The notes under the pieces: generated by a model
Seen by the model: the letters and a program-made list of their open reading frames with translations, nothing else
The model's database searches: none
What the model was told of the DNA's origin: nothing
In this document: positions 31,432-44,073 of the stretch, one piece after another
Numbering within the stretch: the first letter of the stretch is position 1
Layout: every line of letters begins with the position of its first letter
Assembly: GCA_047495785.1 (NCBI GenBank)
Contig: JBLDXI010000057.1
Span: 124,001 to 188,000, forward strand
Direction of reading: 5' to 3'
Source: Lepidodermella squamata
Lineage: Eukaryota; Animalia; Gastrotricha
DNA: 64,000 bases
Program-made: the position numbers and the translations under genes

Positions 31432-32865
31432 ATGGCCTTCTTCGTGCTTCTAGCTTTAATAGTCGTAATTCTCATCTATGGGTGGCGCAGATACCTGCTC
31501 GACCTCAGATTCCGACTTCCACCTGGACCTCTGCCGATTCCCTTCCTGGGCAATTTAAGCATCTCGAAGAACAACCGCAGGAAACCTTGGGCTAATTTTG
31601 CAAAATTCGGCCCTATTTCAACCCATTATCAAGGCCAATCTCGCCTCGTCGTCATTAATGACGTTAAAATAATGCAACAAGCTCTACTCGACCGGTCTCA
31701 GCCTCTGATCAATCGACCCGATTTCGGGCCAATGGCGTGTAAAATGTTCAAACTCGTCAATACCGCAAACGGCGAAATGTGGCGGAAATTGCGCCGATTT
31801 TCAGTTCAAGCCATGCGCGATTTCGGCATGGGCAAACCAGCCATGGTCTCGGCTATTCACCAGGAGCTCGGTTATTTATTTGAAATTATTGATAAAAACA
31901 ACGGCGAGGTGACAGATTTGCTTGTTTACAAAGCCTCGGCAAACATTTTAGCTCCTATGTTCATCGGGAAACGTTACGAATATGACGAGACGAATTTTTC
32001 GAATTTAATTCAAGCCGTTCAAGACTTCAATCTCTGCGAGGACTACTCCTTCTATATTTTTCCAATTTTAAGGCAATTTCGACTCCCGTCAAGCACTGCC
32101 ATGCTGCGGAAGGCTAAATCTATCACTCAAATTTTACTCGAGCAAAATGTGAAAGAAAAACATGGAAAATATGAAAAGCCGGCTCAAAATTTCGTCGATT
32201 TGTACCAGGCTCAAAGTTTCCCGTTCGAGATCAATTTAGATGCCTTCGCAGCTTATGTTGCTGATTTATTCGGAAATGCGATAGACGCCTCGGGGAACAA
32301 CTTGAATTGGTGCCTGCTTCTCCTCGCTAAATTTCCAGCCATTCAGCAGCGTTGCCACGAGGAACTGGACCGCGAAATCGGGCGAGATAGCCAATTATCG
32401 CTAGAAGACCGCGAGCGACATGTCTACCTTGAAGCTGTCATATACGAATCATTCCGCTTCGGAGTTACCGCGCCACTAGCCCTGCCCCATGCGACGCTGG
32501 AATCGGCGGCAGAAATCGGCGGCTATAAAGTTCCACCACAGACATTAGTTCGCTACAACATCTGGGCCGTGCATAACGACCCGGCTTATTGGGGCGATCC
32601 GGAATCGTTCAGGCCTGAGCGATTTATAAGCGATGAAGACGGCCGATTGTTGAAGCATTACACTCACTTCATTCCGTTCGGAATCGGGGCTAGGAGTTGC
32701 CTTGGAGAACCGCTGGCTCGGCAACTCCAGTTTCTGTTTGTCGCATCTTTGCTACAACAATACGAATTCAGGCTTGATGGCGATGTTGACCTAGATAGCG
32801 GCGCTCAAATATCATTTCATGCCCCGCCGCCTTTCAAACTGCTGGCAACAAAAAGGTTGTGGTAA
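31432..32865 (+). CDS. Cytochrome P450, CYP2 clan, intronless CDS, atypical I-helix
   Basis: N-terminal anchor, LPPGPLPIPFLGN, WRKLRRF, ExxR (ESFR), FRPERF, heme motif FGIGARSCLG; ATG 31432 directly after a ctcag acceptor-like sequence. Confidence 0.95.
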   Translation: MAFFVLLALIVVILIYGWRRYLLDLRFRLPPGPLPIPFLGNLSISKNNRRKPWANFAKFGPISTHYQGQSRLVVINDVKIMQQALLDRSQPLINRPDFGPMACKMFKLVNTANGEMWRKLRRFSVQAMRDFGMGKPAMVSAIHQELGYLFEIIDKNNGEVTDLLVYKASANILAPMFIGKRYEYDETNFSNLIQAVQDFNLCEDYSFYIFPILRQFRLPSSTAMLRKAKSITQILLEQNVKEKHGKYEKPAQNFVDLYQAQSFPFEINLDAFAAYVADLFGNAIDASGNNLNWCLLLLAKFPAIQQRCHEELDREIGRDSQLSLEDRERHVYLEAVIYESFRFGVTAPLALPHATLESAAEIGGYKVPPQTLVRYNIWAVHNDPAYWGDPESFRPERFISDEDGRLLKHYTHFIPFGIGARSCLGEPLARQLQFLFVASLLQQYEFRLDGDVDLDSGAQISFHAPPPFKLLATKRLW

Positions 32866-32980
32866 TAAATTAACGCTGACTCATCGCTTTGGTATTTTCA
32901 ATTCATTCACGCGTTTTTATTGCTTGAAATAAAATATCTCGGTTATTGAATACATTTTTCAATCATTTATTTCATGGTCA

Positions 32981-34350
32981 TCATAATCGGGTAAAATTAT
33001 ACCCGAATAGTTGATAATCAATAAAGTAGTGTTTTTCAATCACTTGATTAATGAGTTTCCTAAGGTCATTCGGCTTCAAAAGTGGATTTTTTATTAGAAC
33101 TTTATGGTTTTCTTTATTGTCCCTTTGAGGCTTCTCTTCACTCGGACTTGGAACTCGGGGAACTTTGCTGCGGCCTGTGGCTCGTCGGGCGAAGTATTGA
33201 AGGTCACAATCCATGTCTTCGGATGAGCCGATAAAATCGTAATCGATCGCGCAAAAACTGCAAATGTGCACCTGTGGCCGGAAATGAATTTCGAAGAATT
33301 TATTCGTTTCAATAGCATCGAGTGCCATTAGAAATTCCTCAAATCCCATCGGATAGCCCAGTTCGATTTCATCCAACGTAGCTCGAGGTCGATGTGCGCC
33401 GATAATTGGCCTTGATACCCGCTGAAAAACTCCGATTTTAACTTTTTTTAATAATTCATTTAATAATTACCATCCAATATCCCGCATCAACACCATCAGC
33501 CTCCTTAGTCGTGAATTTGTCAGCCCATGCCGATAGGAGGCGCTCGAAAGGATCACGAATGAAGGCGAATTTTCGAAAATTGCCCATTATCGCCCTGGCT
33601 TTATTGACCGGCCAGTCTTTCAGTGGCTTCAAGTGGCGAGATCCATTTTTATGAATTTGCATCATTTTCAGCCTGTCATATTCGTAGGTTTCGACGTCTG
33701 GATTTTCGCTCAATATCGACAGATAATGCCTCACATTTGTATTAGCAACTTTCGGCGTCCTTCAAGGTAATGATTAACATTTTTTCGCGAATAATTTTCA
33801 AAAAATTTAATTACGCGCAATAAACCAGCCGATTTTTTTCGTTGACAACAATTTCGTTCCACCACGCATGCCAGTTGCTACAAAAATCGGAAAATTAATG
33901 AATTTAAATTATTTGTTCGTGAAAGAGGGGTTTGTGCTTAAGGAGCCAAAGAAAAATGTAATTAAAATTACGTATTAAAAAATCCGTCGTTTCGATGCGA
34001 GTGAAAATAATGCCAGTCCAGCTTTCGCTTCACCAGGCTGCCATTTTGCAAATTTTTCATATTGATTAGTGATCGGCAAACTTGCCGTATTCGCGCCCGC
34101 CTCGCCTCTGACCTTGCGGCAATAACAGAATCGGGCTGAAAAAGGAGGATTTAGATGCATAATTTTATCAATTATTAATAATTAATTATATTGATAATCT
34201 TACCGCGCAAACCGACTTCGAATCAAGGGTGAATTTCGACCAGTCGCGGGTCACAACTACGGCTACGCCAAAAAATGCAGCCCATGTAACTACGGCGAGA
34301 AATGTCGAACGGCGTTTATGATTCAGGTCAAATTTTGAACGGAAAAACAT
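32981..34350 (-). CDS. Golgi carbohydrate sulfotransferase (Sulfotransfer_2; CHST11/HNK-1ST-like), multi-exon
   Basis: Type II anchor (TFLAVVTWAAFFGVAVVV), LVYCA|PKVANTN (5'-PSB), FIRDPFERLLSAW (3'-PB), HFRPQ..C..C..DYDFIG, Y..DYQLFGY. Confidence 0.88.
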
Positions 34351-34741
34351 TTTTTACTCTGATTTGTAAATATTGAATTTTGTCGCAAATGAACAAAGAA
34401 ATCGCACGCGTTCGAATATCGAATAAATAATTTGAAAAACTCGGAAAATTATATGCAATAAGGCGCACATTTTTCTCCGCCGTAAATATGAAAAATCAGT
34501 TGGAAAGAAATCCTAAAATCGAGACATTGCTCTCTTGAAATTAAAATAATTGGAATTGCCGAAAAATGTGAAAATTCTTTTAATAACTTGGCAATGGAGA
34601 TACTGGTGTTTAGCAGCAGCATTGCTTTGTTTCAATGAATTGGTGAAAAAAATCGAAGAAATTGAGCTGAATGTTACACGCGATCATTCAACCCATTGAG
34701 AACGTTTTTGAAGCCCGCTAGGTTCTTGGTGAATCAAACAA

Positions 34742-36613
34742 ATGAGGAGACGAGGACTGCTGCCATACCTAGTTATAACGCCTATAATTTGCTTGGCAAT
34801 TCAATTTTTATCCAGCCAGCGACGACTATCACACGAAAATGTGATAACTTTAATTAAAATTATAAGACAATATTTGTATGAATAATTTTCAGGTGACACA
34901 ACGACAATACAAATCCGTTTCTCAAGGAGAACTTCCTCAACCAATCAACTCAGTGCGAAGCTTTGTAAGTTTTTCAGTTTTATCACGGAAAATTCGAAAA
35001 TTCGAAAAATGAACCCACCAGTCATAGGTGGCATTTACAACAGCTCTAATAATTTCGTATTTCAGATCGAACCCAAGCTATTATTTGAGAATGAGGACGA
35101 TCGAAAAATGAACGAAATCGTCGAACGAGTGGTGGCAGAACTTCGCGAAAATTATTTCGCTCGATTCACAAAATTCAACGCTACAAAATCGCTGAAATTC
35201 GTCACTTCAACGTGCAATTTTCCGAAAAATCTCACTTGCTACGACGATTTATTTTTGTCATTCCGGCGGCAAAGGCCGGAATCGAGCGACTGCCAAGTTA
35301 CGCAACTTCATTGTTATGGCCTGAGCGATCGGATCCGAGGCACAGTGTTCGCTTTTTACCTGGCTGTGGCAACAGGCCGCGTTTTCCGTTTCGATTGGCC
35401 GTTTCCGGGTGATTTATCACAATTTTTCAACGTCAACCAATTTCTTTACCCTAACCTTGAGCTGTCAAATCGTGAAAATTTCGGAAAATTGATTAAATTT
35501 GGCGACGAGTTGATTGACACTTCGAAATGGGTGTTACATGGCGATGCGATACCCCACGGGCCTTTCATCGAGGCGATTGGCGACGTGGCCTTTCCGAATT
35601 TTATCAACGACGCGTCGAATGTCAACGTTATGCTGAATCGGTACACGGGCATCGATGCCATGTTTCGAAGCCAGTCGTTGAGTTGGCGACTTCGGAAAAT
35701 TGTTCCAAGTCTATTTCAAACTGAATTGATCGATCACCGGCTGACTATTGCCGCGGCGATGCGAGTTTTGATGTCGCAACCGAACGCAAAGTTACGGCGA
35801 CTTTTCGATGACGTCATCGATAGAACCATTGGCCGCGAATTCTGGGCCACCTCGCGCAAAATCGGAGTTCAAATTCGAGTATGGAGTAAGTAAAAATCAA
35901 ATAACAAACTTTTTGAAAAATGGAAAAAAATCTCGAAAATTCACAAAATTCACAAAAAGTCGAAATAAATTTGACAATGGGGAATCTTTTACTTTGGCAA
36001 CATGATTTCGAGATCGTTATTTTTTTAATATTTTTGTTTTAATTTCTCGCCTCTTATTATTATGGATTAAACTGTTCCCATTTCTCTATTAGCAATTAGC
36101 GGCGACGATCTGAGCGTTTTCAGAAGCAACTATCTTGGCTGCTACGTTTCCGAGACAAAGCGAATCATCGATGCTGAGCCCGTTTTCACGTCGACGAATT
36201 TGTCGATATTCATAACGGCCGATGACAATAAAGTGTTGCGAAAATTCCAAGATCTCTTTGAAGCCGATCCGCCAGAATTCGTGAAAACAGGCCTTATCAC
36301 TGTGAAATTGTTTCAAGTCGACATAAAGCCGGCTCATCTGGACCATTTGGCGAAGGAAACTCGAGGCTTTGGCGACGAGCAAACGGCGTGGCTATCAGCC
36401 GCGAAAACCTACGTCGACTGGGCGTTTTTGAGCCGCATGCACCGGCTCGTGGTCAGCTTCAGCGGGTTCGGCATCTCACCGGCTCGGATGAACCTGCTTC
36501 AAGCGCGCCGATTCATGTCGCTGTACAAAAATGTGACCGAATGCGAATTCGACGACTTCCCATCGCGGCCACTCTATGACACATCTATGGATAAATGGAC
36601 AAATTCAATATAA
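34742..36613 (+). CDS. Golgi fucosyltransferase-like protein 1 (alpha1,2/alpha1,6/O-FucT GT-B superfamily), multi-exon
   Basis: Type II N-terminus MRRRGLLPYLVITPIICLAI; GLSDRIRG...YLAVATGRVF, motif I KIGVQIR, motif II IFITADD, motif III DWAFLSRMHRLVVSFSGFG. Confidence 0.75.
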
Positions 36614-37287
36614 ATATTTAATAAAATAAAAAAATTGAATAAATTAGACAACTGGTCAATTTTTTTTAGAAAATACGAACGTTCAGTATTATAAGGGATT
36701 ATACTTTTAGCGGAACTGAATATTATAAGTAACCGGATGGGCAAAAAGTGGCCACAAATTAATTTCCAGCGTTAAATTTGAGGCGGCACCACTAAATTTT
36801 CTGAAAATGTGATTTTTTGAATTTCAAGTCGTTTTTATAATATTTTTTCTTTTTAATCGAGATCGATTATGAGTATCGATTTTAAGAATCAGTGATTTTT
36901 CAGATATCGGCAAACTAGGTTAATTTTTTCCCACATTTCTCAGGATGCCAGGTAGCTCGTGGGCCTAATTATCGATCAAGACATGAAAAATCCGACATCA
37001 AAAATAAATTGGTGAAATTTATCGCTGCTAGAACCTTAAGTTTACTCATGCAATGTTAAGACCCTAACAAAATGAATTAAAAAACTTCAAAGCAAATTGA
37101 GATAAATTTCCAGGAAGTTCTTCAGGATTTTCACCACATGGTTTGATCATCGCATCGAGAACACGGGGTTACCGCGATTAAAAAAAATCATTCGGAAATT
37201 AAATTTTAAACATTGTTCAGGTTATGAAATTGTTTTCCGCCGAAAAAGGTGAATAAGACTATTCTTGGTATCAAAAAATAATTTATT

Positions 37288-38819
37288 TCAGTGTCTATTC
37301 GCGAATTTCATATCTTGAAATGCAAAATTATCGCCAAGCCTGTTGTAAAAGTGAAACGGGCAAGTTAAATTCTGCTGAGTTATCGGCTTTTCGATACGCC
37401 ACTGGCCGTAGCCATGCCGCCGGCCGTCAACGAAAGGACCGTGTTCGAAACGCCACGTTGGAACCAGCGACTTCAACGACGCCGTCTCGCCGTAGCCGCT
37501 TCTCGTAATCACCAGCTCATCCATGCTGGTTAGGACAAACCAGTCGAGATACGTCTTCGCATAGATCAGCCATACATTTTTGCCCTTGGAAAATATCAAC
37601 TTTTCAGCCTTCTTATTGTGAAGAGGGTGGTTCGAGTGGAGTGAAATTAGTTCTGGGCAGACGTCAGAGCTGGTAATAATTTGATAATTTTCAACCGCTT
37701 GCGCCGCCAGTTCGCGACGGAACATTTTCATCGTCAACTCGACCTGTTCATCGATCGTGACGAAAATTAAAACTCGGCGATTCACCCGGCGGACGATATT
37801 AGCAACAGACGCCGCGAAACAGGACACTTGATGCTGGGAGACGCGTTGGAATCGCTGCTCGCCGCGCCGAATTTGCACGCCGATTTTATGAGCTGATGTC
37901 CAGTTATTCCAACCGCCCATCGGATTTATTACACATTTATCGAATAATTGCAATAGCTTCAAATCAGGGTGATCGGTGATGACATGCAAGGCAGCTGATA
38001 CAAAGACAGATCCGTCAATTTTTTCGCGTGTTCCAATCGAAGTTAGGATTTTTCGGAAAATAGGTTGAAAAGTTGGATTTTTTAACGCAGCGCCGATACC
38101 AGCCAGTTGATTTGTTGAAATTGCGTAGTACGTTGAGTTGTCGATACGCAACGCCACGTTTTTATCCGAAGCCCATTGCTGATAGTTGACGTGGCCTTTC
38201 AATCGTGTTATATTCACGTGCTGCTTTTGAATGGCCGATTCAATGAAGCGTTGGTAGTCAGTTCTTGATTTATTGTAAATTTCCCCAGTGAAGCCGTGGT
38301 TGAAATAGTCTTCAAGTCGATGCAGGTGAACCCAATTGATGTGAAAAATGCGTTCAAGACCGATTGCGAGGTATAAGATACCCAAGACACCATTAATGCG
38401 ATCGCCGAATCCGCCGCAAAACTGCAATTGAGACGAACAATCGTAAGCGATGACCTAAATAAAATCCAAATTTCCAGCATGAGAAATATAGGTCGTTTTC
38501 AAACTTTCAATTCGGATGACTCATTCCGCACTGTATTTCCAATGTGCCGTATGATGGCCTTTGAAAGGTTTACGGCGAGTCTGCTTCGTTGAACCGAGTC
38601 GTTGTATATTGATTCGAAACTACAGTTCGGGTCGATGCCATAACTTGGATCTGGCTGTATCAAATCAGCTGTTGCGGCGGAAGAAGCGGGCGAATCTCGA
38701 GAGCCGAAGTAGAATGTTTCGCGTTTCCACATGTAAATATTGACGATGGCAGTGGCTAGAAGCCCAACTATCACGATAGCTAGCGCGACGTTGTTGGATT
38801 TACTATCGCTGACGTGCAT
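37288..38819 (-). CDS. Golgi fucosyltransferase-like protein 2 (paralog, 2 coding exons)
   Basis: Type II anchor in exon 38819-~38502; CGGFGDRING...YLAIGLERIF, KIGVQIRRG, IFVTID, TYLDWFVLTSMDELVITRSGYG. Confidence 0.8.
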
Positions 38820-39451
38820 TCAATTACTAAGAGATCATTACCTGGAAATCCAATGAACAGTGAATGCTAATGCGTTTAGGTAAATCATGAATAATTGCAA
38901 CTATTATTTCCATGTCCGCAGAAATCTTGACAAAATTAATCATTACTTTCATGAAATAAATAATTATCCATTTTTGACGTAGTTCGAAGTAAAGGAGGCG
39001 AGCCTATTCTAAGTTGTTTAGTTATTTGAATACTACGAAAATTGTAAACTTTTTACCCACAAAAAAACCCATTCACTGAATCGGCAAGAACGGCACGCGA
39101 TTCAAAATATTTTCCACCGATACTCCTGCGGTTGATTTGATAAAATTTAAATGCATCATTTCACATGCGAGCTACATCAGGCAAATGGCCGACACTTTGT
39201 AGTGTTTCTAAAGATTCTACTTGAGTGAGGATCCTCGATAGCTCGATGGCTCGATGGATATTATGCCAGCTATCTGATACCTTGAAAAAAGCACATAAAT
39301 GGTTGCATCCTGATTTATTTTTGGCCTGAGCCACGCTATGTTGGAAACTTAAAAGCTTAAAGATTTAGAACGCAGGTAAGTGCGCTCCAGTTATATAGCT
39401 GATATATATCTGCATATTGCTACAGTGAAGAGCGGAGTGCATTCTTATCGC

Positions 39452-39945
39452 TTAGAAGAAGACACACTTGAGGGAGTTGGGGCAGCACTTGGGGACGATG
39501 CCAGAGCCCTCGGGGACGCGGACGTCCTTGCAGGGGTTCAGCTCAACAGCGTCCTTGCGCCACTGTTCCATCTTCTTGGGGTCGCTGGGAGGGCGGAGGG
39601 GAGTGCACTCAACGAAGTCGACGCAATAAGCCTTGTTGTTGGCCTTGTCGCCGTTGGGCTTGGTGCTGTTGTGGCACAAGCAGTTGCCCTTCATACCCTT
39701 GTTGACGGGGATGCAGAGAGCGTTCCAGGTGGCACAGTCGTCGTGGGTGTCGCAACCGGTCTGGTAGTGAGTGATCTTGCCTTTTCCGTTAGAGCCTGGG
39801 GGTTTGGGCATAACGCCTGATGAAACGACAGCATTTTGAAGTCTTGTTCAGAAATTGCTTCAAGGTAAAACTTACTCCAGTCGATATCAGCCAGAGCGAC
39901 AGCGACGAGGCAAGCGGCGCCAATAGCGTAAACGTAGGACTGCAT
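39452..39945 (-). CDS. Small secreted 10-Cys protein, copy 1 (2 exons)
   Basis: Signal peptide MQSYVYAIGAACLVAVALA; intron gtaagt...catcag; mature part GCDTHDDC...KCCPNSLKCVFF; strongly GC3-biased codons. Confidence 0.88.
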
Positions 39946-40027
39946 GATTCCGGATAGGAGTGTGATGGACAAGCTGACTTGATAACTTAAACTTAGAACT
40001 GATGCTTTGCCGCTGTAACTGGCGGCA

Positions 40028-40035
40028 TTTTATAG
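40028..40035 (-). promoter_or_regulatory. TATA box of copy 1 (equivalent TATATAA at 41790-41796 for copy 2)
   Basis: CTATAAAA about 90 bp upstream of the ATG, conserved in position within the duplicated promoter. Confidence 0.65.
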
Positions 40036-40847
40036 CCGATAAACTGCCCTCGACGATGCGTGCATCGATACCAGCTAGTCGCGATACGCCCGCACAACGC
40101 AGCTGGAATCACAACCACCCCCGGTTACGGATTCGCGACTCGTCACTCAGCCCCTAAAATGGGGGCGATATCTGCTACAGCCCCAGCTGATCACACGACA
40201 CATTCGCGCAACTTCATGCAGATTTATGATGGAGAAATGCCATGAGTAAATATTAGATAGACCAAATCATGCTCATCTGAAATAGCTATGCGATGCAAGT
40301 ACCAAAAAGTAGGCGTCCTATTTGTTTTATTTTATATCTATCATTCCTGGCGCGTTGCACCGGTTTTCAGCATTTGCAAAAATCTTGAACCTTGATGAAG
40401 CTATCGTAGCTATCGAGTCGAAGCTAAAGCAAGGCTATCCATTTTTCATGACTCAAGACTCAAGAGTAATAGATTCGAGGCTATTGCTGATATCTCACTA
40501 TTCTCCAATGATATTCCCGATGAATGACAACGATTAAAAACCCAATACTAGCTCAATGCATTTATACCCGCTGGAATCATGCTTCGGTGTAGGCCTTAAG
40601 TTCTAACTTTTGTCAGTTGATTTGTTTAAATTTAGAACCGCCATTTCACATGCAAGCTAGATGAGGCGTAATACGTCTTTAGGCATTTTACTATTTTTAT
40701 GTTGGTTCCACGTTCGGCGAACAATGGCTAACATCAGCTAAATTTTTATTTACAATCTATCAGCTGCAACAGTTACATACTTGAGCTGTTGTATACGAGG
40801 TCACTTATGTTTTTCGCTTTTCTAGACGATTTCCTGAAATTGAAATA

Positions 40848-41014
40848 CCGTATTTGTTCCAATAATAGCCCATTCACTAATAGTCGCCCATCTCTAATAG
40901 TCGCCCATCTCTAATAGTCGCCCATGTCAAGGCATCAGGGTCAAAGAAATCGCTCATCTCTATTTTTGGGGGTTGAAAATTTAGTAGCCCGGGCTGCTAT
41001 TGGAACAAATACGG
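40848..41014. mobile_element. Tc2/pogo-like MITE with internal tandem repeats
   Basis: TA-CCGTATTTGTTCCAATAATAGCCC ... GGGCTGCTATTGGAACAAATACGG-TA (~24-bp TIR, TA TSD); three copies of CTAATAGTCGCCCAT inside. Confidence 0.85.
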
Positions 41015-41207
41015 TAATACTTATTAAATGTTACATGAAAACTTTAAATAAAGCATACAAATAATTTATCTTGATTTATTTGTCGCAAAAGCCACGCTAT
41101 ACTATAGAATTAAAAGCTGAAGCTATCGGAGCGCAGGTTAGTGCGCTCCAGTTTGAAATAGATCAAAATATTGCTACTGCAATGAGTAGAGTGGATTTAT
41201 ATATTGC

Positions 41208-41704
41208 TTAGAAGAAGACGCATTTTTCCAGCCTGGGGCAGCACTTGGCGACGATGCCAGAGCCCTCGGGGACGCGGACGTCCTTGCAGGGGTTCAGCTC
41301 AACAGCGTCCTTGCGCCACTGTTCCATCTTCTTGGGGTCGCTGGGAGGGCGGAGAGGGGTGCATGGAGTGTAGTCAACGCAGTAGGTCTTGTTGGTGGAG
41401 ACGTCAATGTTAGCCCTATATCCGCCGTGGCACAGGCAGTTGCCCTTCATACCCTTGTTGACGGGGACACAGACAGCGTTCCAAGTGAAGCAGTCGTTAG
41501 GGGTATCGCAACCGGTCTGGAAATGGGTGACCTTGCCAGAGCCATCGGAACTGGGCGTTTTGGGGATCGCGTCTAATCAAATGACAACATAGTTTCCTTA
41601 TATTCTGTTGGTGGACAAAAAAACTCACCCCAATCGATTGCTTCACCAGCAAGAGCGACGGTAACAAGGCAAGCGGCGCCAATAGCGTAAACGTAGGACT
41701 GCAT
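41208..41704 (-). CDS. Small secreted 10-Cys protein, copy 2 (2 exons)
   Basis: Signal peptide MQSYVYAIGAACL; C-terminal PLRPPSDPKKMEQWRKDAVELNPCKDVRVPEGSGIV identical to copy 1. Confidence 0.88.
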
Positions 41705-43050
41705 GACTTCGGGTTGAATTGCGAGGGAGAAGTTGGCTAAATATCTTAGACTGAAGACTGATGCGTTTTTCCTGATGTAACTGGTGGCATTATATAGCCG
41801 ATCAACTGCCCTCTAGACCACGTGCATCGACATTAGCCTGTCGCAATACGCCCGCGTATCGCAGCTGGAGATACATTATACACCTTCGGAACAAATTCGC
41901 GACTCGCCAGTCAGCTCGAAAATGGACTCCAAATCTGCCTCGGCGGCAGCTGATAACTCGAAGGATCCGCTACACAGCCGGAGAAAACAAACGTCATGAA
42001 GCTTTATGATGAAGGAATGTTAAGTAAATATTAGATGTACGAATCATGCTCATCTGAAATAACTATCCTATTTGAGTACTAAAAAGATGCGAGTGTCGTG
42101 CTTTTTATGCTGTTTCTCTCCGGCTGGGCCGGCGTGGCTGTTGCACTGGCTTTCAAATTTGTCCTTAAACTTTGATGCGTTGGCTAATGATCAATGAAGA
42201 CGAGTGAAGGAGAGGTAACTGTTGCTCTGAGCTAGGAAGTCCCTTTAATTTCATCTATGGCGATGGCAGCCAGGTTTACCGAGTATGCCATGGTCATAGA
42301 TCACTTCGTGCTCCATGGCCATGGTATATTATCATAACTGAATTCATTAGCCACCGACAATTCGTGACGATTTAATCCATTTGCTTCCTATTTATCGATA
42401 TATTCCATATATTCGTGTAAATGAAATTGCTAATGCTTTCACATCGACATGCTATGGAAACAACGGACATCTTCGCCCCTGGTTAATTATGCAAAAATTG
42501 ACCGACCAACTCCCAGTGGGGCCGGGAAAGTCATGCTAAAGAAGAAACCCATCTTCAGCTAATCAATAATCATATGTAATATTGAGTCATTGAGTTCGGC
42601 AGCATTGAGTTTTCATATTTTATCTATAAATAACTTCACCATACAATACGGCTCAACAAAATGTACTGATCGTTCGGTTGGAATGTTAATTCGAAACATT
42701 ATGAATCATCTGTCTTTTTCGATGCAATCTTCCAGTCTAATCTTTACTTTTTGTGCAGCCGAATCGGCAACTACGTTTACACACCTGTTTGCGCTTTTCA
42801 TCTCCTAAAAAACGCATTAATTCTCTTGCGATCCGCGCTGACAGCTGCCGGTCTATTTGTTTGCTCACTAGGCCCTACCGCCCACGTACCAAGTGTGTAA
42901 TATTATTTACTCGACTCTCCTAGTGCACTGTTGAGAAAAAAGCGGAAGCTGTCAAAAGCAAAAAGCGCCTTGGTTTTTTGGCAGCCGATATTAAGGCTAC
43001 GATATTAATGCGTATCGGTTGCGATTAATTGCTAATGTAGCCTCGGCGCT

Positions 43051-43764
43051 ATGAAGCGCGTGTTCACGATATTCGTCTTCTATCTGATGACGAATTTGCT
43101 GCTACTGCCTTTTGCAACCATGTCGCTTTCCAGTGCGCTCGAGGTGAAGGAAGAACTCGACTACAAGTACTTTGTTCCGCCACTCCTAGTCGCCACCACA
43201 TTGTCCACCATCCAGCTGATGCTTCTCGGCTTCTTATGCCTTATCGGAATATGTTTCAACGACGATGCTGATGATAATGATCACTGTTGTGGTGCTTCAA
43301 GTAAGTTGTAATAACAAGAAAAACAATTCGTAAAACTAGTAAAATCGTCTGCTTTTCTATATCAAGGCCTTGGCATGGCTCTATCCATGGCAGTCATGTT
43401 TACCGCGGCAGATGTTGTTTGCGGCTTGTGGCTCGGTAACGTCATCACAACTTCACGGTTGTATCGTGCTTACGTAAGACTAGCTGCCTCAACTCTCACG
43501 TCGGCAATCATCTGCCTGTTCCGTGCTGCCATCGGCATCGTATTCGTCCTAGTCGCCACATGCTCACTGAAGAACATGATTTTCCGCGCGTCTGCTGCTA
43601 AATCAGCTGGTCGGTGCGACAAGCCATCCAACGATACCGAGAGCAGCAACAGCAATCTTCTCCCCAACCAACTGTCGGGATCTAAACAGTCGAGCGAATT
43701 GACGCAGTCGCAGCAGAATCAACACATCGGCAATAAGCTGGCACTTTCAGAAATCGACGATTGA
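43051..43764 (+). CDS. Small four-TM membrane protein (2 exons)
   Basis: Two hydrophobic helices per exon, intron gtaagt...caag (~43301-43367), polar C-terminal tail. Confidence 0.6.
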
Positions 43765-44073
43765 ACATTAACGATAAATTCAGATGATTATTTTCTGGAA
43801 CTTTCATATTCTCCTTAGCAAACTTGAATGTTTTTTAAATAAAAACGAGAACAATCGTTTGCTGTATAACGACGTATAAGCGACATGCTCCTCTGCCGAC
43901 GTATTATCTACTAGGCACGCAAATGTTTACAGCCAAGAACTGCCGGTGTTTACGGCACATTGTTACAAGCAAGGACGGCAAAAAATGAATGTTTTGTTAA
44001 GCGAGCATCTACCGAGAACCGAGCGCATATGTGAAATTATTGGCCAACTTATTTAAGCATTTTATCAAACAAA

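Noticed and set aside
31432-38819. Bacterial contamination or recent horizontal transfer of the enzyme group
   Set aside because: P450 is microsomal CYP2-clan type; the sulfotransferase and fucosyltransferase-like genes have spliceosomal introns and type II anchors. Ancient transfer cannot be judged without phylogeny.
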